64,000 nt of DNA from Candidatus Fimenecus sp. (GTDB lineage: Bacteria; Bacillota; Clostridia; Oscillospirales; Acutalibacteraceae). Below are positions 41,190 to 51,250 of the stretch, piece after piece (the first letter of the stretch is position 1; every line of letters begins with the position of its first letter). The translations under genes and the position numbers were made by a program. The stretch spans positions 6,591-70,590 of the forward strand of contig JBJEPX010000004.1 in assembly GCA_051881455.1 (NCBI GenBank), written 5' to 3'. The notes beneath the pieces are model-generated. The model was given only the letters and a program-made list of their open reading frames with translations. It was not told the origin of the DNA and searched no databases.

Positions 41190-44124
41190 ATGCTTCTATT
41201 CCTATTGTGATAATTTCAAATGGCTTATACTCCACCGTATCGGTTTCGCCGATTACATCTTCAAGCATATTGAGGATTTTCACTTTTCCGCCAAGCTTTA
41301 TTGCGCCTCTTTTGCCGTTTTGTTCGGACAGGCGAATTACAATCATCTTGCCGTTTTCGCTCATCTTCATCGCCTGCATATAAAGCTCGCCGAAGGAGTT
41401 TTCGCAGGTTAAATCCGCCTTGCCGAGGGGAAGATTATATTCATATGCGATATTGTTTATTTCCGCTTTCACAAAATCGTCGCCGTGGGGATAAATCATA
41501 TAAGAAAACTCGTGATGTCCCAAATCGCTTGTGACATCGGGGCGTATTGTTGCTCTTAAAAGGCTCAGGCTCATTGAGTTTTCCAAAAGCCCTACTCCGT
41601 ATTTGGAATCGTTGATTAAAGCCACGCCGCCGTCCGTTTCCGCCATATCAACCCACTTATGATGGCAAACCTCAAAGCGCGCCTGCTGCCACGAGGTGTT
41701 TCGGTGAGTATCGCGCTCAATATAGCCCGCGCTTGTATCGCAAACCGCCTTGCGGGTGAGCACATTACAGTCAAACTGTGCCTTTGCAAGAACATGCTTT
41801 TCGTTCCAGTCAACAACATTTTCAACCTCGATGCCTCTTGACTGACGGAAAACGCGGATAATACGCTTCCAAGTGCTTTTTTCAGTACCCAAAACCACCT
41901 CAAAGGACGCAACCTCTGAATTTTTCTCAACGGTTTTGAGGGGAGAGATTATTTTCGCCTCAACCTCTCTGTCCTTATAATTGGGGAGAATATCCCACGC
42001 ATCGTAAACGCCGGGATTGTCCTTATAAAGTTTAAGCTTGTTAAACTCCCCGCCTACCCATTCACGGTCAAGCTCACGGTCATAAAGGCTTTCAATACTG
42101 CCGTCGTAGTTAAATTTTATCTTATAAAAAGGAGTTGTAACAGTATCGGCAATCTCGCACCACTCGCCCGCAAAGGTGCGCCACGGAATTTCACCGCTTG
42201 AAAGAGGCGGCAGATTGGGAATCACCCAATTACCTTGCTTGCCGTAACGAATGCTTTTGCCGTTTTCGTCCTCAATAAAGGTGAGGTGCTTACGGGTGAA
42301 ATTAAGTGAATTAAAATATTTTTCGCCCGTTCCTATAATCTTATCAAGTCTGCGGTCAATATCCTCATAATCAGCCATGGCGTCACGGTAAACGGGAGTA
42401 ATATGACTGCCCGGCAAAATATCGTGGAACTGATTTACGAGAAGCTTTTTGTAGCACTCGCGAAGCTCCTCATAAGGGTACTTCGCGCCCTTCAAATGGC
42501 GGAGGGTTGACACCATTTCCGCCTCACGGAGTTTAAATTCAAGCTGACGGTTATACCTTTTCATTTTGGATTTTGTGGTAAATGTGCCGCGGTGCATTTC
42601 AAGATACAGCTCGCCGTCCCACTTTGCAAGATTTTTATTGTCTTTAAGATTTTTCTTTAAAAATTCGGAGCCGCCCATATGCTCGGTTTTGGGCATTATG
42701 GAAAGCTTATTAAAGCGTTTCATAACCTCCAGCATTTCCTCGGTACAGCCGCTTCCGCCGTCGCCGTAGCCGAACATGGACATAGTCTGTCCACCTGTGT
42801 TTTTATCCTGATAAGCCTCCCAGTTTTCCTGAATCTGGCTGGGCATATTCCATGTGATAAAGTGCGTAGGCGGTACGCAGGCATAAACCTCGCTTCCGTC
42901 AATACCTTTCCAGATAAAGTTATTGTGGGGGAAACGGTTTGTATCGTTCCAGGTGGACATTTTGTTTGAAACGAAATAATCCACGCCGCTTTTTTTGAGA
43001 ATCTGCGGCAAAATCCAACTGTTTCCGAAAACATCGGGAAGCCAGCAGTTATCAACGGTTTTGCCGAATTTCTCGCGGAAATAATGCTGACCGTACATAC
43101 ACTGGCGGATAAGACTTTCCGCTGAGGGTATATTGCAGTCCGGCTCAACATACATAGCGCCCACAGGCTCAAACTGTCCCTTTGCAATTTTCTCTTTAAG
43201 CTCCTTAAATACATCGGGATAGTATTTTTCAAGCAATTCATATGTAAATGCCTGAGTGTGTGTATATTTGAATTCAGGATAGCGGTCCATTAAGCGGAGC
43301 TGAATAAGAATTGTACGCAGATTTTTCTGAACGGAATGAATTCTTCGCCAATAATACGCAATATCAAGGTGGGAATGAGCGATAAGCGCAACATCGCCGC
43401 TGCCCTTGTAATCATCATTTGCGTAAATAACATCGTCAATATACTTTTTAGCCGCCGCAACATCTTCGTTTTTAATATCATCAAAATCAATGAGATTGAG
43501 AGCGTTGTTAAGCTCGCGATTTAAAAACGCGCGGTAATCCTCATTGAATAAATCGCTTTTTGCAATGTCCAAAAGCAGTTCAATATCATATACCAAATCA
43601 AGCACGGTATGATTGATTACGGAAAGATACGCGCCTTCAAAAATCTGACGGCAGCCGCGAACGGAAAGGGATTCAGGGTTGCGCTCATCGTCAGGTTTGG
43701 AACGGTTATAGCCCTCCATTTCAAAATGGAGCACAGTTTCATCGCCGATATAGGGAGTGAGCAGAATTCTGTCACGGTTGGGGTCAACTCCGCCCACATA
43801 TTTGCCGTTTACCTTAACAATAATTTCAGCGGCTGTTTTAAGCGAAAACCAAAGTTCTTTGTTTCTGAGCTTTTCGGGAATAATCACATCAGCCTCGAAA
43901 AACGCCGTTCCGTCGGGAGTAAAGTACATATCGCCTTTTTTTAGAGGACGCCACCCCTCGGGGTAGTATTCATACTCCATTTCGGCAACCTGACGGGCAT
44001 CACGCACCTTGATGTTCTCTATCTCGAATTTTTCACTGTATATGTATCTTTTAAGCCAGCCGAAGCGCAAATCCGTCCATTCCTCAGGGCGCATACTTCT
44101 TCTTACTACCTTTATATGTGCCAT
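41188..44124 (-). CDS. GH38 alpha-mannosidase (cytoplasmic), second copy
   Basis: IAHSHLDIAYYW, VNQFHDILPGSH, 978 aa, no signal peptide. Confidence 0.9.
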   Translation of the reverse strand: MAHIKVVRRSMRPEEWTDLRFGWLKRYIYSEKFEIENIKVRDARQVAEMEYEYYPEGWRPLKKGDMYFTPDGTAFFEADVIIPEKLRNKELWFSLKTAAEIIVKVNGKYVGGVDPNRDRILLTPYIGDETVLHFEMEGYNRSKPDDERNPESLSVRGCRQIFEGAYLSVINHTVLDLVYDIELLLDIAKSDLFNEDYRAFLNRELNNALNLIDFDDIKNEDVAAAKKYIDDVIYANDDYKGSGDVALIAHSHLDIAYYWRRIHSVQKNLRTILIQLRLMDRYPEFKYTHTQAFTYELLEKYYPDVFKELKEKIAKGQFEPVGAMYVEPDCNIPSAESLIRQCMYGQHYFREKFGKTVDNCWLPDVFGNSWILPQILKKSGVDYFVSNKMSTWNDTNRFPHNNFIWKGIDGSEVYACVPPTHFITWNMPSQIQENWEAYQDKNTGGQTMSMFGYGDGGSGCTEEMLEVMKRFNKLSIMPKTEHMGGSEFLKKNLKDNKNLAKWDGELYLEMHRGTFTTKSKMKRYNRQLEFKLREAEMVSTLRHLKGAKYPYEELRECYKKLLVNQFHDILPGSHITPVYRDAMADYEDIDRRLDKIIGTGEKYFNSLNFTRKHLTFIEDENGKSIRYGKQGNWVIPNLPPLSSGEIPWRTFAGEWCEIADTVTTPFYKIKFNYDGSIESLYDRELDREWVGGEFNKLKLYKDNPGVYDAWDILPNYKDREVEAKIISPLKTVEKNSEVASFEVVLGTEKSTWKRIIRVFRQSRGIEVENVVDWNEKHVLAKAQFDCNVLTRKAVCDTSAGYIERDTHRNTSWQQARFEVCHHKWVDMAETDGGVALINDSKYGVGLLENSMSLSLLRATIRPDVTSDLGHHEFSYMIYPHGDDFVKAEINNIAYEYNLPLGKADLTCENSFGELYMQAMKMSENGKMIVIRLSEQNGKRGAIKLGGKVKILNMLEDVIGETDTVEYKPFEIITIGIEA

Positions 44125-44142
44125 ATAAAAACTCCCCTCCGC

Positions 44143-44376
44143 TTATTTATCCCAGAAAAAGGGCCTTTTCTTATTTGCAGAGATTTCGCACTCAACGCCT
44201 AAATCTCTTTTTATTTCGCCTTTTATCCAATCAATGCAACGCTCAACGATAAGGCATTTTGAACATTCGCCCTGCAACAGCACGGTTAAAACGCCGTTTT
44301 CAAAGGAAACAAAATCAATCTCGCCGCCGTCGCCCTGTAATTTCGGTTTAATTACGGTGTTTATATAATCTTCCAT
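44143..44376 (-). CDS. NifU/Nfu C-terminal-domain-like small protein
   Basis: 77 aa. The segment KPKLQGDGGEIDFVSFENGVLTVLLQGECSKC carries the CxxC of the Nfu fold. Confidence 0.6.
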   Translation of the reverse strand: MEDYINTVIKPKLQGDGGEIDFVSFENGVLTVLLQGECSKCLIVERCIDWIKGEIKRDLGVECEISANKKRPFFWDK

Positions 44377-44378
44377 TT

Positions 44379-46019
44379 TCAGCCCTCAATTTCTTTTTTC
44401 AAAATATTGCGGTAAGCTTGGAGTTTTTTCTCCGCCTCGCTTTTATCATTGCCGCACAGAGAATAATAAACCTTCAATTTAGGTTCCGTTCCCGATGGGC
44501 GGACTGCAAGCCAGCTTTTGTCTTTGAAAATATATTTCAAAACATTTTCTTTGGGTAAATCGCCGATACCCAAAGAATAATCAAGAACCTTTTCAACATT
44601 TTCAAAAAGACTTTCGCCGTTTCCCCTCATTTTCGTCATTGACGATTTAATTTTCTCGGCTCCGTCCTTGCCCTTTAAAACAAATGTGTCAAGAGTGTCA
44701 AGATAATATCCGTGTTCCGCATATATATTGTTAAGAGCGTCAATAAGCGTCCTGCCGTTGTTCTTATGGTATGATGCCATTTGGCAGATTAGCAGGGAAG
44801 CCACAACCGCATCCTTATCACGGGAATGAGTGCCTACAAGATAACCGTAAGACTCCTCATAACCCATTACAAACTCATTTTCACCTGTTTTTTCATACTT
44901 TCCGATTTGGTCTCCGATATATTTAAAGCCTGTAAGCGTATCCACAATTTTAAGCCCGTATTTGCGTGCTACATTGGCACCCAGCTCACCCGTCACGATG
45001 GTTTTTGCAAGCGTTGATTTGTTATTAAGGCTGTCCTTTTTCATTGAAAGCACAAAATCCGCAAGCAAGGCACCCATCTGATTGCCTGTAATTAAAACAT
45101 ATTCACCGTTATGGAAAACTGCCGTTCCCACACGGTCGCAATCAGGGTCCGTGCCCAGCACAAGGTCGGCGTTTTCACGTTTTGCCTGCTCGATTGCGAG
45201 ATTAAGAGCGTCCTTTTCCTCGGGATTGGGTGAACGAACAGTGCTAAAATCACCGTCGGGCAGTTCCTGCTCCTTTACTACCGACACATTCATACCGTCA
45301 AGAATTTTTCTCACGGGAACATTGCCCGTTCCGTGAAGCGGCGTATAAACGATTTTCAGGTTGGATTTCTCCGAATAAAGCGACTGCTTTTTAACCTCTT
45401 TGAGAAATCCTTCCGGCACCTCGTCGCCTATTATCTCGATTTTTCCCTCGCTTACCGCCGCCTCGAAATCATCTGCGGCAACATATTTTAAATCTTTTAC
45501 GGCGTTTACATATTTTATTACCTCGCCCGCAATTTCGGGCACGAGCTGACAACCTTTTTCGTCATAAATCTTGTATCCGTTATACTCCTTAGGATTGTGG
45601 CTCGCCGTAATAACAATACCGCCGTTACAGCATAAATACTTCGTTGTAAAGGAAAGCACGGGAGTGGGCATTAAAGTATCAAAAATAAAAACCTTTATCC
45701 CGTTTGCGGACAGCACTCCCGCCGCAATTTCTGCAAAACACTTTGAATTGTTTCTCGAATCGTATGCCACGGCTACACTGATTTTATCCTCAAATACGGC
45801 TTTTAGATAATCGGCGTATCCCTTTGTCGCTTTTGCAACGGTATAGCGGTTCATTCTGTTAGGACCTGCCCCCATAATGCCGCGAAGTCCCCCTGTTCCG
45901 AATTCAAGCTCTTTGTAAAACCTGTCTTCAAGCTCTTTTTCGGAGGAAATATTCATAAGTTCCGCCTTTGTCTGTGCGTCAAAGCTGCACCAATATTCAA
46001 ACTGTTTTTGGAAATCCAT
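44379..46019 (-). CDS. Phosphoglucomutase/phosphomannomutase-family phosphohexomutase
   Basis: Phosphoserine loop TASHNPKEYNGYK, Mg site GTDPDCDRVG and sugar loop GYEESYG. Confidence 0.9.
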   Translation of the reverse strand: MDFQKQFEYWCSFDAQTKAELMNISSEKELEDRFYKELEFGTGGLRGIMGAGPNRMNRYTVAKATKGYADYLKAVFEDKISVAVAYDSRNNSKCFAEIAAGVLSANGIKVFIFDTLMPTPVLSFTTKYLCCNGGIVITASHNPKEYNGYKIYDEKGCQLVPEIAGEVIKYVNAVKDLKYVAADDFEAAVSEGKIEIIGDEVPEGFLKEVKKQSLYSEKSNLKIVYTPLHGTGNVPVRKILDGMNVSVVKEQELPDGDFSTVRSPNPEEKDALNLAIEQAKRENADLVLGTDPDCDRVGTAVFHNGEYVLITGNQMGALLADFVLSMKKDSLNNKSTLAKTIVTGELGANVARKYGLKIVDTLTGFKYIGDQIGKYEKTGENEFVMGYEESYGYLVGTHSRDKDAVVASLLICQMASYHKNNGRTLIDALNNIYAEHGYYLDTLDTFVLKGKDGAEKIKSSMTKMRGNGESLFENVEKVLDYSLGIGDLPKENVLKYIFKDKSWLAVRPSGTEPKLKVYYSLCGNDKSEAEKKLQAYRNILKKEIEG

Positions 46020-46211
46020 AGCCGTATCATTCCTTATGTGTTTTCGTTGATTTTAATGATACACCAAACAAATTTTGCTGTCAATTAAAAATGATATACA
46101 GATTATATATTGTGCATAATTTTTTACTGTCGATTTATGAAAAATTACTATTTATTTCAATCTGCCAAATTGATATAATTATCATGAGTGATTGTATCCA
46201 AGGAGCATACT

Positions 46212-47852
46212 ATGGAAAGATTTAAAATTAACATTGAATATTTTACTAATGATACACATTACAGCACAAATCTCTTTGAAACAGAGCACTTCAAAGTGGA
46301 CGTGACTGCAAATACCGACCATATCAAGCTTGTTTTAACGCCTGCGGGCGCGCCTTTGGAAAAGGTAAAATTCAAAATGACCGTACCCTATGAATTTAAT
46401 GACAATAAGCGTGTTTTCGTAAACGGTTATCAGTCCTGGACGGACTGCCGCGAATACTTTATTGATGAGGACCCGCCCCGCCTCGACTTAAAGCAGGAGG
46501 TTTCATTAAAGCTTTCGCCTTTGGGTGCGTCCGGGGATTACAGATTTAAAAAATATGACCGCAGAAAAGGTGTTTTTCACGGCTATTCCTACGCCTATGT
46601 GCGTGACGGCGAAGCCTATGACCTTTTCGGCTCATTAAGCGAGCGGGACGGTTATACAATAATAAATACCGTTTGCCCCGAAAATGAAATAGTTTTTGAA
46701 AGAGATATGGCGGGAGTTCAGATAAACTCACCCTACACTCTAATTGATATTGCTCATTTTTCAGGCTCTGAAAATGAGGTGTTCGATAAATACTTTGCCG
46801 TTATGAACATAGAGAAGCCCAAAGTGGGCAGAGCAAACGGATACACTACCTGGTACAATTATTACAGCAATATAAATGAGGAAATCGTGCTTTCCGACCT
46901 TGAAGCACTTTCAAAGCTCGATGCAAAAATTGACTTTTTCCAAGTGGACGACGGCTACCAGACCGCCGTTGGCGATTGGCTTTCCATTGACCCGCGCAAA
47001 TTTCCTCACGGTATGAAATATATTGCCGATCAAATTCACGAAAAAGGAATGAAAGCAGGTCTTTGGCTGGCTCCTCTCGGCTGTCAGTACAAATCTGCCG
47101 TTGCAAAAAGCCATCCCGAATGGCTTATCCGCGATTCGCACAACAGACCTGTAAGATGCGGCTTTAACTGGGGCGGATTTTACGCTCTGGACATTGAAAA
47201 GCCTGAGGTCAGAGAGTATATACGCAATTTCTTTGATGTTGTCCTCAATGATTGGGGCTACGATATGGTTAAGCTTGACTTTTTATATGCCGCCTGCATC
47301 GTTCCGGCACACGGCAAATCAAGAGGTCAGCTTATGTGCGAGGCTATGGACTTTATCCGTGAATGTGTAGGTGACAAGCTGATTTTAGGCTGCGGCGTTC
47401 CCTTAGCACCCGCTTTCGGCAAGGTTGATTACTGCCGTATTGGTGCGGATATGGACCTGCAATGGACAAAAAGTCTTAAATTCCACCGTGAAGATGTTTC
47501 AACTCCCAATGCGCTGGGGAACACCGTGTTCCGCCGCGCTCTCGACGGAAGAGCATTTTTAAACGACCCTGATGTTTTTCTCCTGCGCGACAGCAATATG
47601 AACTGTACTCTCACGCAGAGAAAGATTATCGCATCTGTTAACCATATTTTCGGCAGTTTGCTTTTCACCTCTGACAACATTGATGAATACGACGATGAAA
47701 AGCGCAATCTGCTTTTGCACATTTTCAAAAACGGAAAGCCGGAGGTTATTTCCGCTGAATTCGTAACAACCGATGTTCTTGAAATTCACTATAACGAGGG
47801 CAACGGAACAGAGCGTCTTTGCTTCAATCTTAAAAACGGCGAGCTTTACTGA
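46212..47852 (+). CDS. GH36-like alpha-galactosidase-family enzyme (intact paralogue)
   Basis: The start is ATG 46212 after AAGGAG. Motifs VFVNGYQSWTD, TTWYNYY, FQVDDGYQ and VKLDFLY are present. It is colinear with the disrupted gene 15225-16886. Confidence 0.75.
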   Translation: MERFKINIEYFTNDTHYSTNLFETEHFKVDVTANTDHIKLVLTPAGAPLEKVKFKMTVPYEFNDNKRVFVNGYQSWTDCREYFIDEDPPRLDLKQEVSLKLSPLGASGDYRFKKYDRRKGVFHGYSYAYVRDGEAYDLFGSLSERDGYTIINTVCPENEIVFERDMAGVQINSPYTLIDIAHFSGSENEVFDKYFAVMNIEKPKVGRANGYTTWYNYYSNINEEIVLSDLEALSKLDAKIDFFQVDDGYQTAVGDWLSIDPRKFPHGMKYIADQIHEKGMKAGLWLAPLGCQYKSAVAKSHPEWLIRDSHNRPVRCGFNWGGFYALDIEKPEVREYIRNFFDVVLNDWGYDMVKLDFLYAACIVPAHGKSRGQLMCEAMDFIRECVGDKLILGCGVPLAPAFGKVDYCRIGADMDLQWTKSLKFHREDVSTPNALGNTVFRRALDGRAFLNDPDVFLLRDSNMNCTLTQRKIIASVNHIFGSLLFTSDNIDEYDDEKRNLLLHIFKNGKPEVISAEFVTTDVLEIHYNEGNGTERLCFNLKNGELY

Positions 47853-47884
47853 TTTTCTTATTCTGCATACAAGGCGGTGAAAAG

Positions 47885-50107
47885 ATGAAAACCGAAACTC
47901 CTCTCGTAAGATACTTTACGCTTGTATTTTTATGTCTGCTTGCGGCGGCAGTTCTTATTATTTTCCCCGTGTTCCTCTCAAAAGAGCTTGATAATCAAAG
48001 CCGGGACTTTCTTCAGGAAATCTCCGAAAAGAACGGAGAAGCAGTCGGCTTCAAGTTCAGGGAACAAGCTTCATTTCTTAAAGACCTTATATCGGATGTT
48101 GACACAGACTTGCTTGACAATCCCGCCGAAGCCGTTAAAAAAATAGATTTAAAAAATACAGGTGTTAAATACAAGCGGTACGGCATTATAACCTCGGACG
48201 CCACCGCATATACCTCCGACGGAATTGCGGAGCAGGTAGTTAATAATGAGCTTGTTGCGGAATGTTTTGAGAGCCGCAAATTGACGGTATCGACTCTTTC
48301 CCCGGATGAAAGCCTTGACGGTGACGAGGTTTTCATTATGATGAGGCCTATTTATAAGGATAATCAGGTAAGTCATGTAATGTATGTTGTTTTCACCATG
48401 GAGCAGATAACGGAAAACTTCAAATCCGATGCTTTTAACAGCAATGAGTTTTTCTATATTATTGATATTGACGGCAACAATATTTTCAGCACAAACAAAA
48501 GAGAAGATTTCCGCAATATCGACAATATTTTTTCGGAAAATCTGCAAGAGAAAAAATACAAGGGTGAACGCATACCCCAAATACAGGAAGATATGAAAAA
48601 CGGGGAATCGGGTGTAACATTCAGTTCTAAAAACAGTGATTACTATCTTTACTATGCTCCTCTCCATTTTAACGATTGGTATCTGTTTTCCATTGTTCCC
48701 GCTGAGGAAGTAACGGTCAGAAGAAATACGGTTCTTGCATATGTTATACTTATGTGCATTTTCCTCATCGGCGTTTTCGTTCTTTTTGCTCTTTACATTG
48801 TATCCTCGGAGCGCCGCAAAAAAAATGAGCTTGATAAGCTTCTTTATACAGACAGCCTGACGGGAGGTCCCTCTTATGCAAAGTTCTGCCTTGATGTTAA
48901 AAAGCAGCTTGCAAAGGGCTACAAAAAAGCCGCTTATATTGTAATGGACCTTGATAATTTCAAGCTTATAAACAGTTATTACAGTTATGAGCACGGTAAC
49001 AAAACCATTAATTACATATATTCAGTTTGGCGTGATATGCTAAGGGAAAACGAATTCGTTGGCAGAATGGCAGCCGACCGTTTTGCGGTATATCTGCAAT
49101 ATTCCGATGAAAATGAGCTTAAACAGCGAATTGAGGAATTCTGTAAAAACTGCCGTATCTATGATAATGAGGGAATGACAAACTATATCTTAACGCCCAG
49201 CATCGGTATTTATTACATAAATCCCGATGATAAGAATATTCAGCGAATTCAGAACTGTGCGGTTATAGCTAAATCCCTTGTTAAGGGCGACAGTGACCGT
49301 CTGTATTCCGTTTATAACGATAAGCTTAAAGACCGCCTGACAAATCGCAAAATACTTGCAGATAAATTAGCCCACGCCATAGAAAATGAAGCATTGTCTG
49401 TTCTGTTCCAGCCGCAGTTCAATGCTTGTGACAGAAAAATCTGCGGAGCCGAGGCTCTTCTGCGCTGGCAGGACGAAGACGGAAACTATATTTCCCCCGC
49501 AGATTTTGTTCCCTTGGCAGAGGCATGCGGTCTTATTGTGGAGCTTGATAAATATGTATTCAGAAAAGCCTGTGAGGCACAGCGCAAAATGGCTGACGCA
49601 GGCCTTAGTGAAATTGATGTTTCCATAAATGTGTCCCAGCAATCTCTTTACAACGCAAGCTTTGTTGAGGACTATGTCAGCATAGTAAAAAGGACGAATG
49701 CCGATATATCTCATATCCAGCTTGAAATTACGGAAAGCACGCTGTTTGACAACAATAAGGTCTTTGTAAAATTGTTGAGAAAGCTGCATAAATCCGGCTT
49801 TAAAATACTTATGGACGATTTCGGAACGGGTTATTCTTCACTGATGCTTTTGAAATCAATGCCCATTGATTATTTGAAGCTTGATAAATCCTTTATTGAC
49901 GATTATGACAGCATGCGCGGCGGCATAATTATAGAATGTATTATGACAATGGCAAAGAAGCTGGGAATAGTTATTATTGCAGAAGGCGTTGAAACCGAGG
50001 AACAGTTCTCATATATTTCAAATATGGGCTGTGATATAGTTCAGGGCTATTATTTCTGCCGTCCCGTCTCTTTTGACGAAATGTGTAATATGATTGAAAA
50101 ATCATAA
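47885..50107 (+). CDS. Membrane sensor (Cache-like periplasmic domain) - degenerate GGDEF - EAL phosphodiesterase
   Basis: Two TM segments flank a ~250-aa extracytoplasmic domain. The GGDEF position reads AADRF (49070-49084). The EAL set is intact: EALLRW, EITES, DDFGTGYSS, KLDKSF, EGVET and QGYY. Confidence 0.85.
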   Translation: MKTETPLVRYFTLVFLCLLAAAVLIIFPVFLSKELDNQSRDFLQEISEKNGEAVGFKFREQASFLKDLISDVDTDLLDNPAEAVKKIDLKNTGVKYKRYGIITSDATAYTSDGIAEQVVNNELVAECFESRKLTVSTLSPDESLDGDEVFIMMRPIYKDNQVSHVMYVVFTMEQITENFKSDAFNSNEFFYIIDIDGNNIFSTNKREDFRNIDNIFSENLQEKKYKGERIPQIQEDMKNGESGVTFSSKNSDYYLYYAPLHFNDWYLFSIVPAEEVTVRRNTVLAYVILMCIFLIGVFVLFALYIVSSERRKKNELDKLLYTDSLTGGPSYAKFCLDVKKQLAKGYKKAAYIVMDLDNFKLINSYYSYEHGNKTINYIYSVWRDMLRENEFVGRMAADRFAVYLQYSDENELKQRIEEFCKNCRIYDNEGMTNYILTPSIGIYYINPDDKNIQRIQNCAVIAKSLVKGDSDRLYSVYNDKLKDRLTNRKILADKLAHAIENEALSVLFQPQFNACDRKICGAEALLRWQDEDGNYISPADFVPLAEACGLIVELDKYVFRKACEAQRKMADAGLSEIDVSINVSQQSLYNASFVEDYVSIVKRTNADISHIQLEITESTLFDNNKVFVKLLRKLHKSGFKILMDDFGTGYSSLMLLKSMPIDYLKLDKSFIDDYDSMRGGIIIECIMTMAKKLGIVIIAEGVETEEQFSYISNMGCDIVQGYYFCRPVSFDEMCNMIEKS

Positions 50108-51250
50108 TGTCTTTACAAATTCGTGCCCCACTCTTCTTATCTTAACTTCAACCTCAACGCTGTATCGGCTTTTTGCCATAAGAGCGTTGAGGTTTTCTTT
50201 ATTATCTCTGTAAACCGAGGGATATTTCTGAAATAGCAGCCTTGAATACCCCGGTGCGTCGCAAACCTCACCCTCATATAGCTTGGAAAGCACTTTCTCA
50301 CTTTCGGTTTTCAGATAATTCTCCGCGCATTTTCTCAATTCTTCCATTCTTTGCCTATCCATACTTTTTTCAATCCCGTTGTATATTTCGGCAACATCGG
50401 TGCTGAGCCTGATTTTAACGGTATAATGCGGTGTTCCTTCGATTATTTTTACCGTTCTGAAAACATTGCAATTTACAATACTCATAGCGACTTTTTCATT
50501 TTCCTCTGTTTTATATGAAAACTCGCCGTTATAAACCCTGCCGCAAAGGAAATTCAACATTGATGTTTCGTCGCCGTTCAGGGTTGATTGAAGCTTTGCA
50601 CTGCAAAATAGCGCTGTTTCTTTAACCTGAACATTTTTTTGCCCCTCCGCCTCCTCTAAGTAGAGAACGGGCATCGCAAAGCACGCTTCCCTATCGCGGT
50701 ATCTGTTTACGAGCTCATAAAGTTCAAGCTTGAAAATCCCCGTATCATATTTTGCCGCCTCAATGGCATCGTCAATATTATCGGCAATAACCTCTCCGCT
50801 GTTTTTTGCCTCTAAAATTTCATCGGCTCTGTTTTCGGCAAGAGCCACATAAACCGACGGTCCGTTGTGAGCGTCACGGGCAAAAAAATCTATAACGCCT
50901 TCAATCCCTCCCGAGGCTGTTGCTTTTCCTATTACAATAACCCGATTTTGAGAATAAAGAGGAATTTTACCCTCAAAGCCCACAACACTCTTAATCGCCG
51001 TATAAACCGTATCACCGTGCACCTTGTATATTTTTACCGCATCTTCACTGCCGCTCTCCTGTGCGGAAGCGGTGTGGGTACTTGTATTTATCGCTTGAAG
51101 CGTAACGGTATAACTGCCGTTATCCTCTTTATCAATTCCTATTCCCTGTATAATAAGGCGGTTGCTTATGTCGTTTTTATATATTTCATTTCCACCGAAG
51201 GAAAAGAGTATTGCAAAAATTACCACTACTGCAACAATTATCTTATTCAT
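50102..51250 (-). CDS. Spore germinant receptor C subunit (Ger(x)C family)
   Basis: RLIIQGIGIDKED is the typical GerAC N-terminal core. It is the third gene of the ger operon and overlaps the B subunit by 8 nt. Confidence 0.8.
   Translation of the reverse strand: MNKIIVAVVVIFAILFSFGGNEIYKNDISNRLIIQGIGIDKEDNGSYTVTLQAINTSTHTASAQESGSEDAVKIYKVHGDTVYTAIKSVVGFEGKIPLYSQNRVIVIGKATASGGIEGVIDFFARDAHNGPSVYVALAENRADEILEAKNSGEVIADNIDDAIEAAKYDTGIFKLELYELVNRYRDREACFAMPVLYLEEAEGQKNVQVKETALFCSAKLQSTLNGDETSMLNFLCGRVYNGEFSYKTEENEKVAMSIVNCNVFRTVKIIEGTPHYTVKIRLSTDVAEIYNGIEKSMDRQRMEELRKCAENYLKTESEKVLSKLYEGEVCDAPGYSRLLFQKYPSVYRDNKENLNALMAKSRYSVEVEVKIRRVGHEFVKTL

Noticed and set aside
48149-48994. 281-aa ORF antisense to the GGDEF-EAL gene
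   Set aside because: It lies entirely inside a gene whose sense frame has strong domain motifs. It has no SD or recognisable motifs. Its composition (Ile/Phe/Lys/Asn-rich) is what the reverse frame of an AT-rich gene produces.
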